Origin: Erysipelotrichaceae bacterium
GTDB lineage: Bacteria; Bacillota_I; Bacilli_A; Erysipelotrichales; Erysipelotrichaceae
DNA length: 32,000 nucleotides
Reading direction: 5' to 3'
Assembly (NCBI GenBank): GCA_030604855.1
Contig: JAUVVC010000001.1
Coordinates: 270,001-302,000, forward strand
Part shown: piece after piece, positions 17,537 to 24,374 of the stretch
Layout: each line of letters opens with the position of its first letter
How positions within the stretch are numbered: the first letter of the stretch is position 1
The notes under the pieces: generated by a model
What the model saw: only the letters and a program-made list of their open reading frames with translations
Told to the model about the DNA's origin: nothing
Databases searched by the model: none
Program-made: the position numbers and the translations under genes

Positions 17537-18787
17537 TCACCCCTTGAAATACGATTCTGGGAAGATCACATGGTCCTGCTTCGGATTGAAACCACTTAGT
17601 AGGGTATCCTGAAGCATCAAGCAGCGTTGAACCGCTTGAAAACCATAACGTTCCCGAATCTTTTCAATCGTCACTTCCAAATTCATTTTCTTTTGTTTTA
17701 AAAACGGATCCTCAAACAGATTGATCTGCTCAAGATTGCGCTCCACGATCAAGTCACTGGCCTTGATGCCGATGCTTCGCAAGGGGAGTTCAAAGTCCAC
17801 ATGCTTCGCAAACAGATCCAAGGCTGCTTCCGCAATCGTGTCACTGAGTTGCGTGGCCTCATCCATCTTGATCTGCCGTGTGAAGCCTTTCAGCTCCACA
17901 TCACGTACTCCAATGGCAATCGTAAACGCCATCAAATGCGCTTCTTTCAAGCGTGCTGCGACACTCTCTGCCAAGATGTAGGCGATGATGCGTACATCAT
18001 CTAGGTTCTTGAGATCCTTTGGAGCCGTTGTACTGTTTCCAATCGATTTGACCTGCGGTTCATAACCCCGAACCAAAACCGGACTCGTATCCTCACCACT
18101 GGCAAAACGCCAAAGATACTCACCCCACTTACCCAAACGTCGCTTTAGAATCTGAACATCGAAACGCGCACAATCGCCAATCGTTCGTATGCCCAAAGTA
18201 TATAATTTTTCTTTTGTCGCACGACCCACATACAAGAGATCTGAAACAGGCAGGGGATACACGATTTGTTCCATGTTTTCCCGCGTGATCACCGTTGTGG
18301 CATCGGGCTTCCTATAATCCGATCCCAACTTCGCAAAAACCTTATTGAAACTCACCCCGATCGATGCGGTGATGCCGACCTCTTCTTTGATGCGTTGGCG
18401 AATCGTATCGGCCAATTCTTTCGGTGTCATCTTGAAAAGATGTAAGGTGTGCGTCACATCCAACCAACACTCATCGATTCCAAAGGATTCAATCTGATCC
18501 GTATAATCTTGATAAATTGTCTTAACCAAACGTGAGAAACGCAGATAAAGCGAGAAATTGGGTTTCACAATCAACAAATCCGGACACTTCTGCAAGGCTT
18601 GCCATAAGGCTTCACCTGTCTTGATTTCATATTTCTTGGCCAATTGATTCTTTGCCAAGATGATGCCATGACGTTTCTCCACATCACCGCCCACAGCCAA
18701 AGGGACATTGCGATATTCGGGATGGTGCAGGCATTCGACGGATGCATAAAAGTTATTCAAATCACAGTGTAGGATGATCCTTTCCAT
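17537..18787 (-). CDS. Y-family translesion DNA polymerase (DinB/UmuC/UvrX-like)
   Basis: An AGGAGG Shine-Dalgarno site lies 7 nt upstream of the ATG at 18787. The N-terminus ILHCDLNNFYASVECLHHPEYRNVPLAVGG and the segment SIDECWLDVT carry the catalytic Asp/Glu motifs of the ImpB/MucB/SamB family. The 416-aa length matches UvrX/YqjW-type enzymes. Confidence 0.9.
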   Translation of the reverse strand: MERIILHCDLNNFYASVECLHHPEYRNVPLAVGGDVEKRHGIILAKNQLAKKYEIKTGEALWQALQKCPDLLIVKPNFSLYLRFSRLVKTIYQDYTDQIESFGIDECWLDVTHTLHLFKMTPKELADTIRQRIKEEVGITASIGVSFNKVFAKLGSDYRKPDATTVITRENMEQIVYPLPVSDLLYVGRATKEKLYTLGIRTIGDCARFDVQILKRRLGKWGEYLWRFASGEDTSPVLVRGYEPQVKSIGNSTTAPKDLKNLDDVRIIAYILAESVAARLKEAHLMAFTIAIGVRDVELKGFTRQIKMDEATQLSDTIAEAALDLFAKHVDFELPLRSIGIKASDLIVERNLEQINLFEDPFLKQKKMNLEVTIEKIRERYGFQAVQRCLMLQDTLLSGFNPKQDHVIFPESYFKG

Positions 18788-18803
18788 GGCATGTCCTCCT
18801 TTG

Positions 18804-18837
18804 ATTTTAGTTTACTTGAAAATAATTCAAGTTACAA
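18804..18837 (-). promoter_or_regulatory. Candidate promoter of the polymerase operon (overlaps operator copy 1)
   Basis: The best minus-strand reading is TTGTAA (18837-18832), 17 nt, TAAACT (18814-18809); its spacer is exactly operator copy 1. The alternative is TTGAAT (18830-18825), 15 nt, TAAAAT (18809-18804). The exact hexamers are uncertain. Confidence 0.35.
18814..18832. promoter_or_regulatory. Operator-like inverted repeat, copy 1: ACTTGAA-AATAA-TTCAAGT
   Basis: Perfect 7-bp inverted arms separated by 5 bp. It is part of an exact 20-nt direct repeat (18813-18832 = 18842-18861). It lies between the divergent polymerase operon and the LexA-like gene. Confidence 0.7.
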
Positions 18838-18842
18838 GTTCT

Positions 18843-18861
18843 ACTTGAAAATAATTCAAGT
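18843..18861. promoter_or_regulatory. Operator-like inverted repeat, copy 2: ACTTGAA-AATAA-TTCAAGT
   Basis: Identical to copy 1, with centres 29 bp apart. Its TTGAAA (18845-18850) is the -35 of the best + strand promoter. Confidence 0.7.
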
Positions 18862-18873
18862 GCAATGTATAGT
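18845..18873 (+). promoter_or_regulatory. Candidate sigma-A promoter of the LexA-like repressor / lipoprotein operon
   Basis: TTGAAA (18845-18850), 17 nt, TATAGT (18868-18873). It overlaps operator copy 2, which implies autoregulation. It leaves only a very short leader before the ATG at 18886 and excludes the ORF-track ATG at 18865 as the start. Confidence 0.55.
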
Positions 18874-18885
18874 AAGGGTATAAAC

Positions 18886-19482
18886 ATGGACTTCAAAGAA
18901 AAAATCAAAAAATATCGTAAAGAGCGGGGCTTGTCTCAAGAAGACTTAGCTGCACAATTTGGTTACAAATCCTTTACGACCATCCAGAAATGGGAAGATG
19001 GCAGTTCGACACCGCCGGTTAAAGTGATCCGACAATTGGCGGCGTTTTTTGGTGTCAGTACAGAAGACTTATTGAATGAGAGTTCACAAATTGCGATTCC
19101 GATCTTAGGGACTGTGCGTGGTGGACCTTTACGCTATGCCCAAGAAGAGTGGTTGGGTCAGGAATTGGTTCCCTTGGATGAGACGGTAGGAGGCGAATAC
19201 TTCTATCTGGAAGTCATTGGGGATTCTATGATTGGAGCGCGTATCTATCCAGGTGATCTGGTGTATGTCAAACGCTCGAGTATCGTGAATTCCGGAACGA
19301 TTGCGGTCGTTTTGGTGAATGATGAAGCGAATTTGAAACGAGTGTTCTTTAAAGGCTCTACGATGGTTCTGCATTCTGAGAACCCAAAATATGAAGATAT
19401 GGTGTTCAGTGCTCAGGAGATTGAGGCAAAGGATATTCAGATCATCGGTGAAGTCTTGCACAGTAAGATAAGGTTCAAGTAA
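18886..19482 (+). CDS. LexA-like autocleavable repressor: XRE-type HTH fused to an S24 peptidase domain (HdiR/phage-CI-like)
   Basis: The N-terminal HTH_3 pattern is IKKYRKERGLSQEDLAAQFGYKSFTTIQKWEDGSSTP...LAAFFGVSTEDLL. The C-terminal S24 domain has a Ser in VIGDSMIGARIYPGDLVYV and a Lys in EANLKRVFF. The linker PILGTVRGGPLRYAQEE corresponds to the LexA cleavage loop. The gene is divergent from a Y-family polymerase operon. Confidence 0.85.
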   Translation: MDFKEKIKKYRKERGLSQEDLAAQFGYKSFTTIQKWEDGSSTPPVKVIRQLAAFFGVSTEDLLNESSQIAIPILGTVRGGPLRYAQEEWLGQELVPLDETVGGEYFYLEVIGDSMIGARIYPGDLVYVKRSSIVNSGTIAVVLVNDEANLKRVFFKGSTMVLHSENPKYEDMVFSAQEIEAKDIQIIGEVLHSKIRFK

Positions 19483-19841
19483 TGAAAATAAAGAAGGTTC
19501 TGATTGGACTGATGATTGTATTCTTGGTTTCAGCCTGTACCATCAAGAATAATGAAATGACGCTTGGTAAATATGTATTGGAAGATGCGGAAGCCGTCGA
19601 TATGGCGTGGCTTGTGCTCAGTGAAGAGAACCAGTTTGTATTTAACCGTAATATGTTTACGTCGTATTGGCCTAGTGGAAGCTATGCGATTGAAAACGGT
19701 GTGTTGATCCTTATTGCGAATGAAAATGAGGTGTATACCTTCAAGATTGAGGGAGATACATTGATTTTCGAAAGTGGAAAACACGCGGAAACATTTCTTG
19801 AAATTGGATCTCGGTTTACGCTTGTTAAAGATGAATCATAA
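19482..19841 (+). CDS. Small lipoprotein of unknown function
   Basis: Signal peptide with a lipobox, MKIKKVLIGLMIVFLVSAC (L-V-S-A-C). The ATG overlaps the repressor stop (TAATG at 19480-19484). The mature part is about 100 aa and beta-rich, with no motif I recognise. Confidence 0.7.
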   Translation: MKIKKVLIGLMIVFLVSACTIKNNEMTLGKYVLEDAEAVDMAWLVLSEENQFVFNRNMFTSYWPSGSYAIENGVLILIANENEVYTFKIEGDTLIFESGKHAETFLEIGSRFTLVKDES

Positions 19842-19845
19842 AAAA

Positions 19846-19868
19846 ATAGGAGCTCAATGAGCTCCTAT
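19846..19868. terminator. Hairpin terminator shared by convergent genes (stronger for the minus-strand MBL operon)
   Basis: ATAGGAGCTC (19846-19855), loop AAT, GAGCTCCTAT (19859-19868). It is preceded on the + strand by AAAAAA, which becomes a U-tract for the minus-strand transcript. The + strand side has no clear T-tract. The stem contains the TAG stop of the MBL gene. Confidence 0.65.
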
Positions 19869-20572
19869 AATGCGTTTAATTGATCTTCGATATTCTCGGT
19901 GACCGGACCACCATGATAACAGATGATCTGCTTGAGTGGATAATCCTTGAATCTCTTCATGGACGTGTAGGCTTGTTCATTGTCCAAGGTGTAACGTGGA
20001 TTGGCAATACAGAGTTTGCCATTTTCCACCACCATCGCATCGCCTGTGATAAGGCTTTGAGTGGGTTTGTGATAGATGGAGATGTGACCGGGCATGTGTC
20101 CTGGGGATGCGACGATATGGGTGCCGCCTGCCCACGGATAATCGGATCCTTCAATAAGGACTTCATCCAAGTCCAAGGTTTCCATGGCTTCCAAGGTTTT
20201 ATGGAAGACCAGGGCTTGTTCTTTTTGATTATCTTGAAGTGTGGGGAAGATGGATTCTGCTTGAATTAGACGTAAAGATTTCTTAGATCCATTGATGTAG
20301 TCTCTTTGAACACTGGATGAACAGACTTTGATTTTGGGATAACGTCGTTTCAGTTCAGCCGCTGAGCCCATGTGATCATAATCATGGTGGGTGATGATTA
20401 AATGGGTGACTTTGTCGAGACTTAAATCTAAGACTCTTAGAGCTTCGTCTAGTTTATCCAAAGAATTGGGATAGCCACAATCCACCAAGATGACTTCATC
20501 ATCACCTTGGATTACGGAAGCGAAGAGGGTATTATTGGGATATTTGAGTTCAAGGGCTGTGCATTTTGACAT
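19865..20572 (-). CDS. Metallo-beta-lactamase-fold hydrolase
   Basis: An AGGAGG Shine-Dalgarno site is present. MBL motifs appear in order: LIITHHDYDHMG (a HHDYDH variant of HxHxDH), SPGHMPGH, ITGDA and a late His in CYHGG. The substrate cannot be inferred. Confidence 0.8.
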   Translation of the reverse strand: MSKCTALELKYPNNTLFASVIQGDDEVILVDCGYPNSLDKLDEALRVLDLSLDKVTHLIITHHDYDHMGSAAELKRRYPKIKVCSSSVQRDYINGSKKSLRLIQAESIFPTLQDNQKEQALVFHKTLEAMETLDLDEVLIEGSDYPWAGGTHIVASPGHMPGHISIYHKPTQSLITGDAMVVENGKLCIANPRYTLDNEQAYTSMKRFKDYPLKQIICYHGGPVTENIEDQLNAL

Positions 20573-20583
20573 GAGGAATCCTC

Positions 20584-21090
20584 CTAAAGGGTTTTAGTCA
20601 ATTTATTCAGAAAGGCTCTAAAGAGCTTAAACGTATATGGTGTTTCATCGGTGCCTTGAAGTTGGATGCTTTCACGAAAGTAACCTGGACAGCTGATATC
20701 CATTGACCAGGCATTTCCATTATCCGTTTTCCAGTATTCAAGTGCAGATGAATTTAAAATGTCTTTAAGTTCTTTGTTATAAGGAATCATACGGCGAAAG
20801 GTGTTGACTTGTATATCGAGATGCTCAGGGTGGAAATCAATAAGGATATCTTCATCGTTCGTTTTATAGTGGATCTGTTTTAGATGATCCATGAACAGTT
20901 CCGTACATTGGATGTCGAAGCGTGTGTCACAGTCCAAACAATAATAGGGCTGCATTAGTCCTTGGATCGCACAACCCCCATGTAAGACTAAACCAGCTTC
21001 GATCTTTTCAATCAAGTCTTCATCGGGTGTTCCATATTCCACATCCATGATGTCAGTGGAACCACAGTTGATGCACTTATGCTTTTCCAT
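20584..21090 (-). CDS. Hypothetical protein with an N-terminal CxxC...CxxC zinc-ribbon-like segment
   Basis: MEKHKCINCGSTD....YYCLDCDTRF provides four Cys ligands. The C-terminal 110 aa or so have no motif I recognise. The gene overlaps the ltaE 3' end by 14 nt and lies 11 nt upstream of the MBL gene, so it sits inside the operon. The AGGA site is only 2 nt from the ATG, so the start is somewhat uncertain. Confidence 0.6.
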   Translation of the reverse strand: MEKHKCINCGSTDIMDVEYGTPDEDLIEKIEAGLVLHGGCAIQGLMQPYYCLDCDTRFDIQCTELFMDHLKQIHYKTNDEDILIDFHPEHLDIQVNTFRRMIPYNKELKDILNSSALEYWKTDNGNAWSMDISCPGYFRESIQLQGTDETPYTFKLFRAFLNKLTKTL

Positions 21091-22102
21091 AGTCCTTGAT
21101 CAAGTCGATGACATGATCGATGTCTTCCTTGGTGATCCAATAATGTGTTACGAAACGATACCCATTGTAGTTGGAATTGATTTTGACATTGTTTTCAAGG
21201 AGATATTGTGCAAACGCATCGTGATTGAAGTTTGGATCGATCACATCAAAGAAAACCATGTTGATGTGAATGTCTTCCATTTTGACATTGAACAAACCTG
21301 TTTCCTTTAATTTGAATCCAAGGTATTTTGCGTTTTCATGATCGATGTGCAGACGTTGGGTCATTTCTTTCAAAGCGATAAGACCTGCAGCGGCTAAGAT
21401 ACCGGTTTGACGCATACCGCCCCCAAGGAGCTTACGATTCTTACGTGCTTTCTCAATGAAAGCTCTAGATCCTGCGATCATCGATCCAACTGGAGCACAT
21501 AAGCCTTTGGATAGACAAAACATGACGGAATCGCAATACTGCGTGAGTTCCTTCACATCCACATTGAGATGAGTTGCCGCATTGAATAAACGAGCCCCGT
21601 CTAAATGAACTGCGATGTCCTGTGCTTTCGCAATTTCATAGTTTTCTTTCATCATCGATAATGGCATGACCTTGCCATTGGATAAAGCATTTTCCATGCT
21701 TAAGACACGGGTACGCGGTTCATGGATATCATTGGATCGAATCGCTTGTTTGAATGATTTTGGTTCAATGAAATCATCTGAATGATGCAAAGTTCTTAAG
21801 TTAGCCTGTGATAATAAAGCAACTGCGCCAACTTCATGAATCACGATGTGATTGTTTGCGCCCGTAACGATTTCATCGCCACGTTGGGTATGTGTCATTA
21901 AACACAATTGATTGCCCATCGTACCACTGGGGACGAATAGAGCGGCTTCTTTACCGACGAGTTGAGCTGCATAGACCTCCAATTCAATCATCGTAGGGTC
22001 ATCTTGATAGACATCATCACCGACAGGCGCAATGGCCATGGCTTCACGCATGGCTTGTGTGGGTTGAGTTACGGTATCACTTCTTAAATCAATTGTTTTC
22101 AT
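21077..22102 (-). CDS. ltaE: Low-specificity L-threonine aldolase (PLP-dependent)
   Basis: The N-terminus IDLRSDTVTQPTQAMREAMAIAPVGDDVYQDDPT is diagnostic of the beta-eliminating lyase / threonine aldolase family. The PLP-lysine context is SVMFCLSKGLCAPVGS. Confidence 0.9.
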   Translation of the reverse strand: MKTIDLRSDTVTQPTQAMREAMAIAPVGDDVYQDDPTMIELEVYAAQLVGKEAALFVPSGTMGNQLCLMTHTQRGDEIVTGANNHIVIHEVGAVALLSQANLRTLHHSDDFIEPKSFKQAIRSNDIHEPRTRVLSMENALSNGKVMPLSMMKENYEIAKAQDIAVHLDGARLFNAATHLNVDVKELTQYCDSVMFCLSKGLCAPVGSMIAGSRAFIEKARKNRKLLGGGMRQTGILAAAGLIALKEMTQRLHIDHENAKYLGFKLKETGLFNVKMEDIHINMVFFDVIDPNFNHDAFAQYLLENNVKINSNYNGYRFVTHYWITKEDIDHVIDLIKDYGKA

Positions 22103-22122
22103 GGTTATCCCTCTTTCTATAG

Positions 22123-22128
22123 ATTATA
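22123..22128 (-). promoter_or_regulatory. Candidate -10 box of the ltaE operon
   Basis: The minus strand has a perfect TATAAT about 20 nt upstream of the ATG and about 6 nt upstream of the GAGGG Shine-Dalgarno site, so the leader would be very short. No convincing -35 sits at 17 nt. Confidence 0.3.
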
Positions 22129-22159
22129 CACGCGTCAAACTTTATTTTTTGTGAAAATT

Positions 22160-22168
22160 TGATACAAT
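22160..22168 (+). promoter_or_regulatory. Candidate extended -10 promoter of the MFS-U32-U32-TrmH operon
   Basis: TGaTACAAT at 22160-22168, 23 nt upstream of the ATG at 22192. The -35 is weak. Confidence 0.35.
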
Positions 22169-22191
22169 GAGTCAGTTAAAGGAAACACATC

Positions 22192-23499
22192 ATGATCGAA
22201 ATCTTGACCCATAAATTATTCTTAAGCAGTTTGACCATCGTGATCAGTCTATTGATCACCGTTTATTTAATGAAACGTTATCAACTTACGCGCTACCAAA
22301 TCTTGATCTATGTCTTGTTGGTATTGTTTTGGTCTTCCATCAACTTGATTCGTGCATATCGTAAAGCCTATGCTGGAGGGAGCTTGGAAGTCGGAGGCTT
22401 AGGTATGGATGGCATCATGGCAGCCAATATTGCGGCAGCCTATGGATTGATCTCCATCTTTGTTCGTCTTCCCATTTTTGCCTTCAGTGATTTCTTCAAA
22501 ACACGTAAGTTCTTCATTGCCTTGGCCTTGGTGTTCATCATTGGATCTTCCATTGCCGTATACTTCAATCCAAATTATACGAGCTTGATGCTTTCAAGCT
22601 TGGCTTTGGGTTTGGGAGCGAGCATGTTGAGTCTGTTCAATGTCTTGTTTGCGGAAACCTTCAGTCCCAAACAAGCCATCATGTCGGTATCAATTCTATC
22701 CGTTGCGCCCTTGTTGGCGGAGTTTTTGGTTGCGCCAATCCAGTATATCTTTACCGCAACGAAACCCAATGATTATGCAGGCATGTGGTTGACGAGTGCC
22801 ATCATCGGCATCGTGGCCTTAATCTTCTTAATGTTTGTTAAAGATAATAAGAGTGATCAACGTAATTTCAGTATTGCCAAGTTCAAAGCTGCTTTGAGCA
22901 ACTTGAATTTCATGAGCATCGCACTCTTAGGGGTTGTGGTCTCGTTCATTCGCTTTGCGACCAGTGGTTCCAATCTGGTCAACTTTGCGAAGATGGAAGG
23001 CATTGGGATGCATCCCTTAGGTGTTGCGTATTTGGATGTCGTCTATGCCATCGCTCAGTTGTTTGGGGGAGTCATCGTTGGTTTATTGTTGAAGCGTTTG
23101 ATTGGTGTCAAGAAGAGTCTTCTATTGGGTTTGGGTTTGAGTGCGATTTTCAATATTCTATTGAGTTTCACCACCAACTCTACTTTGATCTTCATCCTGA
23201 CCCCATTGAATGGCTTAGGCTATGGTCTTACGTATAATATTCTTCTAGGAATGGCGATGCAACCCTTTGCGAAGGACATGCGTGAAGTCACAATGGGCAT
23301 CTATCAGACCTTCTTTGCAGTGGGTATCTTCTATGGGGATAAGATCTTTGCCTTGTTGATCAAAATGTTGCCATCAACTTTACAAGCGGTTCAGCTCTCT
23401 CAAACCGTATTTGCTTTGATGGGGGGCTTGAGCATCGTTACGATGTTGGTGATCATGCTGGTGTTCCGCTCTAAACATGAGCGTTTCTTGGAGGCTTAA
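22192..23499 (+). CDS. Major-facilitator-superfamily-type transporter (substrate unknown)
   Basis: The 435-aa product has about 12 hydrophobic segments in a 6+6 arrangement with a central charged loop (KDNKSDQRNFSIAKFK). The assignment rests on topology only, not on a signature motif. Confidence 0.65.
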   Translation: MIEILTHKLFLSSLTIVISLLITVYLMKRYQLTRYQILIYVLLVLFWSSINLIRAYRKAYAGGSLEVGGLGMDGIMAANIAAAYGLISIFVRLPIFAFSDFFKTRKFFIALALVFIIGSSIAVYFNPNYTSLMLSSLALGLGASMLSLFNVLFAETFSPKQAIMSVSILSVAPLLAEFLVAPIQYIFTATKPNDYAGMWLTSAIIGIVALIFLMFVKDNKSDQRNFSIAKFKAALSNLNFMSIALLGVVVSFIRFATSGSNLVNFAKMEGIGMHPLGVAYLDVVYAIAQLFGGVIVGLLLKRLIGVKKSLLLGLGLSAIFNILLSFTTNSTLIFILTPLNGLGYGLTYNILLGMAMQPFAKDMREVTMGIYQTFFAVGIFYGDKIFALLIKMLPSTLQAVQLSQTVFALMGGLSIVTMLVIMLVFRSKHERFLEA

Positions 23500-24374
23500 T
23501 GATAAAAATCTACCATACAGAACGGATTGAAGTCCTTAAACATTTCAAACCGAATGATATAGAACTTGTCTTAACAGAACCCTGTTTTTCATATCGTCAT
23601 CCCATGCTTCAAACCAAGGAAGCCTTTGTTGAACACTTCAATAAAGCGAGGGGGATGGGTTTTGATCCTTACATTCAAGTCAATGGTTATATTGAAGAAC
23701 AGGAACTTGTTGATTTAAGGGTTTGGTTGAAAGATTTAATTCAGTTGAATCCAAAAGGTTTCTATTTCAATGATTTTGCCGTGCAACGGTATTTGAAACA
23801 AAAGGACTATCGTGGTGAATTGATCTATGCACCTGAAACCATCTTAACCAATGCCTTGGATATTGAATTGATTCTGACACAAGTGGATCGTGTCTACCTT
23901 TCCAAAGAATTGACTTTGGAAGAGATGATGGATTTATGCAAACTCTTCCCAAACAAGATTGAAGCTTTTGGCTTAGGTTATCCTTTGATGTCCTTCAGTC
24001 GCAGACCCCTTGTCCGCAGCTACCTTGCGGAGATTGAATATGAAGCTGATGTGTTGAATCGTTTGGATATGACCATCAAAGAAGCGAAGCGAACTCAACA
24101 TTTCCCAATCTTAGAGGAAAAAGAAGGAACAAGCATCTTTATTGATGCGATTCATTATCCTAAAGAAGAACTTCATTTATTGAGTGACGCTTTGTGTTAT
24201 GGTGTTCATTTGGATGATTTATTGATTGAAGAAGATTCATTTGTAAACTTGAATCAAGCTTTGTTTGATGAAGCTAAATCCTTAGAGTTGATTCGTTTGG
24301 ACCACAGTAACCATAAATTAGGCCAAGCCTATTATTATCGCAAAACCAACATGAGCAAAGAGGAGGGGCAATAA
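23499..24374 (+). CDS. U32-family protein, YrrN-like (partner subunit of prephenate-dependent tRNA U34 hydroxylase TrhP type)
   Basis: TAATG overlap with the MFS gene. Its colinear similarity to B. subtilis YrrN is as I recall it (...LSKELTLEEM..., FPILEEKEGTSIF). It immediately precedes a canonical U32 gene, as in yrrN-yrrO. Confidence 0.6.
   Translation: MIKIYHTERIEVLKHFKPNDIELVLTEPCFSYRHPMLQTKEAFVEHFNKARGMGFDPYIQVNGYIEEQELVDLRVWLKDLIQLNPKGFYFNDFAVQRYLKQKDYRGELIYAPETILTNALDIELILTQVDRVYLSKELTLEEMMDLCKLFPNKIEAFGLGYPLMSFSRRPLVRSYLAEIEYEADVLNRLDMTIKEAKRTQHFPILEEKEGTSIFIDAIHYPKEELHLLSDALCYGVHLDDLLIEEDSFVNLNQALFDEAKSLELIRLDHSNHKLGQAYYYRKTNMSKEEGQ

Noticed and set aside
18788-18885. A search for a canonical Gram-positive LexA (Cheo) box, GAAC-N4-GTTC, upstream of the polymerase operon.
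   Set aside because: It is not present. The nearest resemblance (AGAACTTGTAAC on the minus strand, 18842-18831) lacks the second half-site. The twin ACTTGAA-N5-TTCAAGT repeats are the only strong symmetric elements.
21047-21310. An 87-aa + strand ORF spanning the ltaE / orf168 junction.
   Set aside because: It is antisense to two overlapping, better-supported genes. It has no Shine-Dalgarno site and no recognisable motif.
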